A stretch of 64,000 bases of DNA, taken from positions 1 to 64,000 of the forward strand of contig JAWBBW010000002.1 in NCBI GenBank assembly GCA_038824035.1, written 5' to 3'. The DNA is from Desulfurococcaceae archaeon (GTDB taxonomy: Archaea; Thermoproteota; Thermoprotei_A; Sulfolobales; Desulfurococcaceae). Under the pieces are notes generated by a model, which saw only the letters and a list, made by a program, of their open reading frames with translations, had not been told where the DNA came from and did no database searches. Position 1 is the first letter of the stretch. Every line of letters starts with the position of its first letter. Made by a program: the position numbers and the translations under genes. This document shows positions 63,908-64,000 of the stretch, piece after piece.

Positions 63908-64000
63908 ATGCAGAGTAAGGGCAGATATCTAAAACTACTGGATAAATATGATTGTGAAATCATCGAGGAACGATATAACAATGTGATAGGAAGAAAGGAG
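63908..64000 (+). CDS. rps24e: 30S ribosomal protein S24e (5' fragment, runs off window)
   Basis: MQSKGR...EIIEERYNNVIGRKE; conserved position after DUF359. Confidence 0.8.
   Translation, partial: MQSKGRYLKLLDKYDCEIIEERYNNVIGRKE

Overview
Core-genome window from an AT-rich hyperthermophilic crenarchaeon, most likely Desulfurococcales/Desulfurococcaceae. This assignment is inferred from the GC-rich archaeal 16S, unsplit RpoB, no EF-2 gene between rps7 and tuf, and a long S6e. The window starts inside the 16S rRNA gene (minus strand). It is dominated by information-processing clusters: PCNA-priS-GINS, aIF2alpha-nop10, SRP54-pus10, rpoH-B-A1-A2/str, the alpha-like S13-S4-S11-RpoD cluster, and L7Ae/IF2/S6e/aIF2gamma/RpoE/Spt4. 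There are six tRNAs, four with 37/38 introns. Accessory or unusual items are: (i) a GC-rich H/ACA-like hairpin RNA just upstream of the rRNA promoter that shares 15 nt with the 3' end of the neighbouring tRNA-Asp; (ii) an AglB/STT3 paralog with degenerate WWDYG and DK motifs; (iii) an orphan sugar-binding-protein pseudogene with one in-frame TAA next to tRNA-Leu; (iv) a structured RNA candidate after glmS; (v) a hydantoinase/oxoprolinase pair followed by a 1.2-kb ORF-free, palindrome-rich spacer; (vi) a Ubl-E1-Ubl cassette coupled to Fap7 and an RbgA-like GTPase; (vii) a 21-bp duplication of the 3' end of the tetraether synthase gene. No CRISPR array, transposase or integrase was seen. All protein calls come from motif and family recognition by eye, not from database searches.
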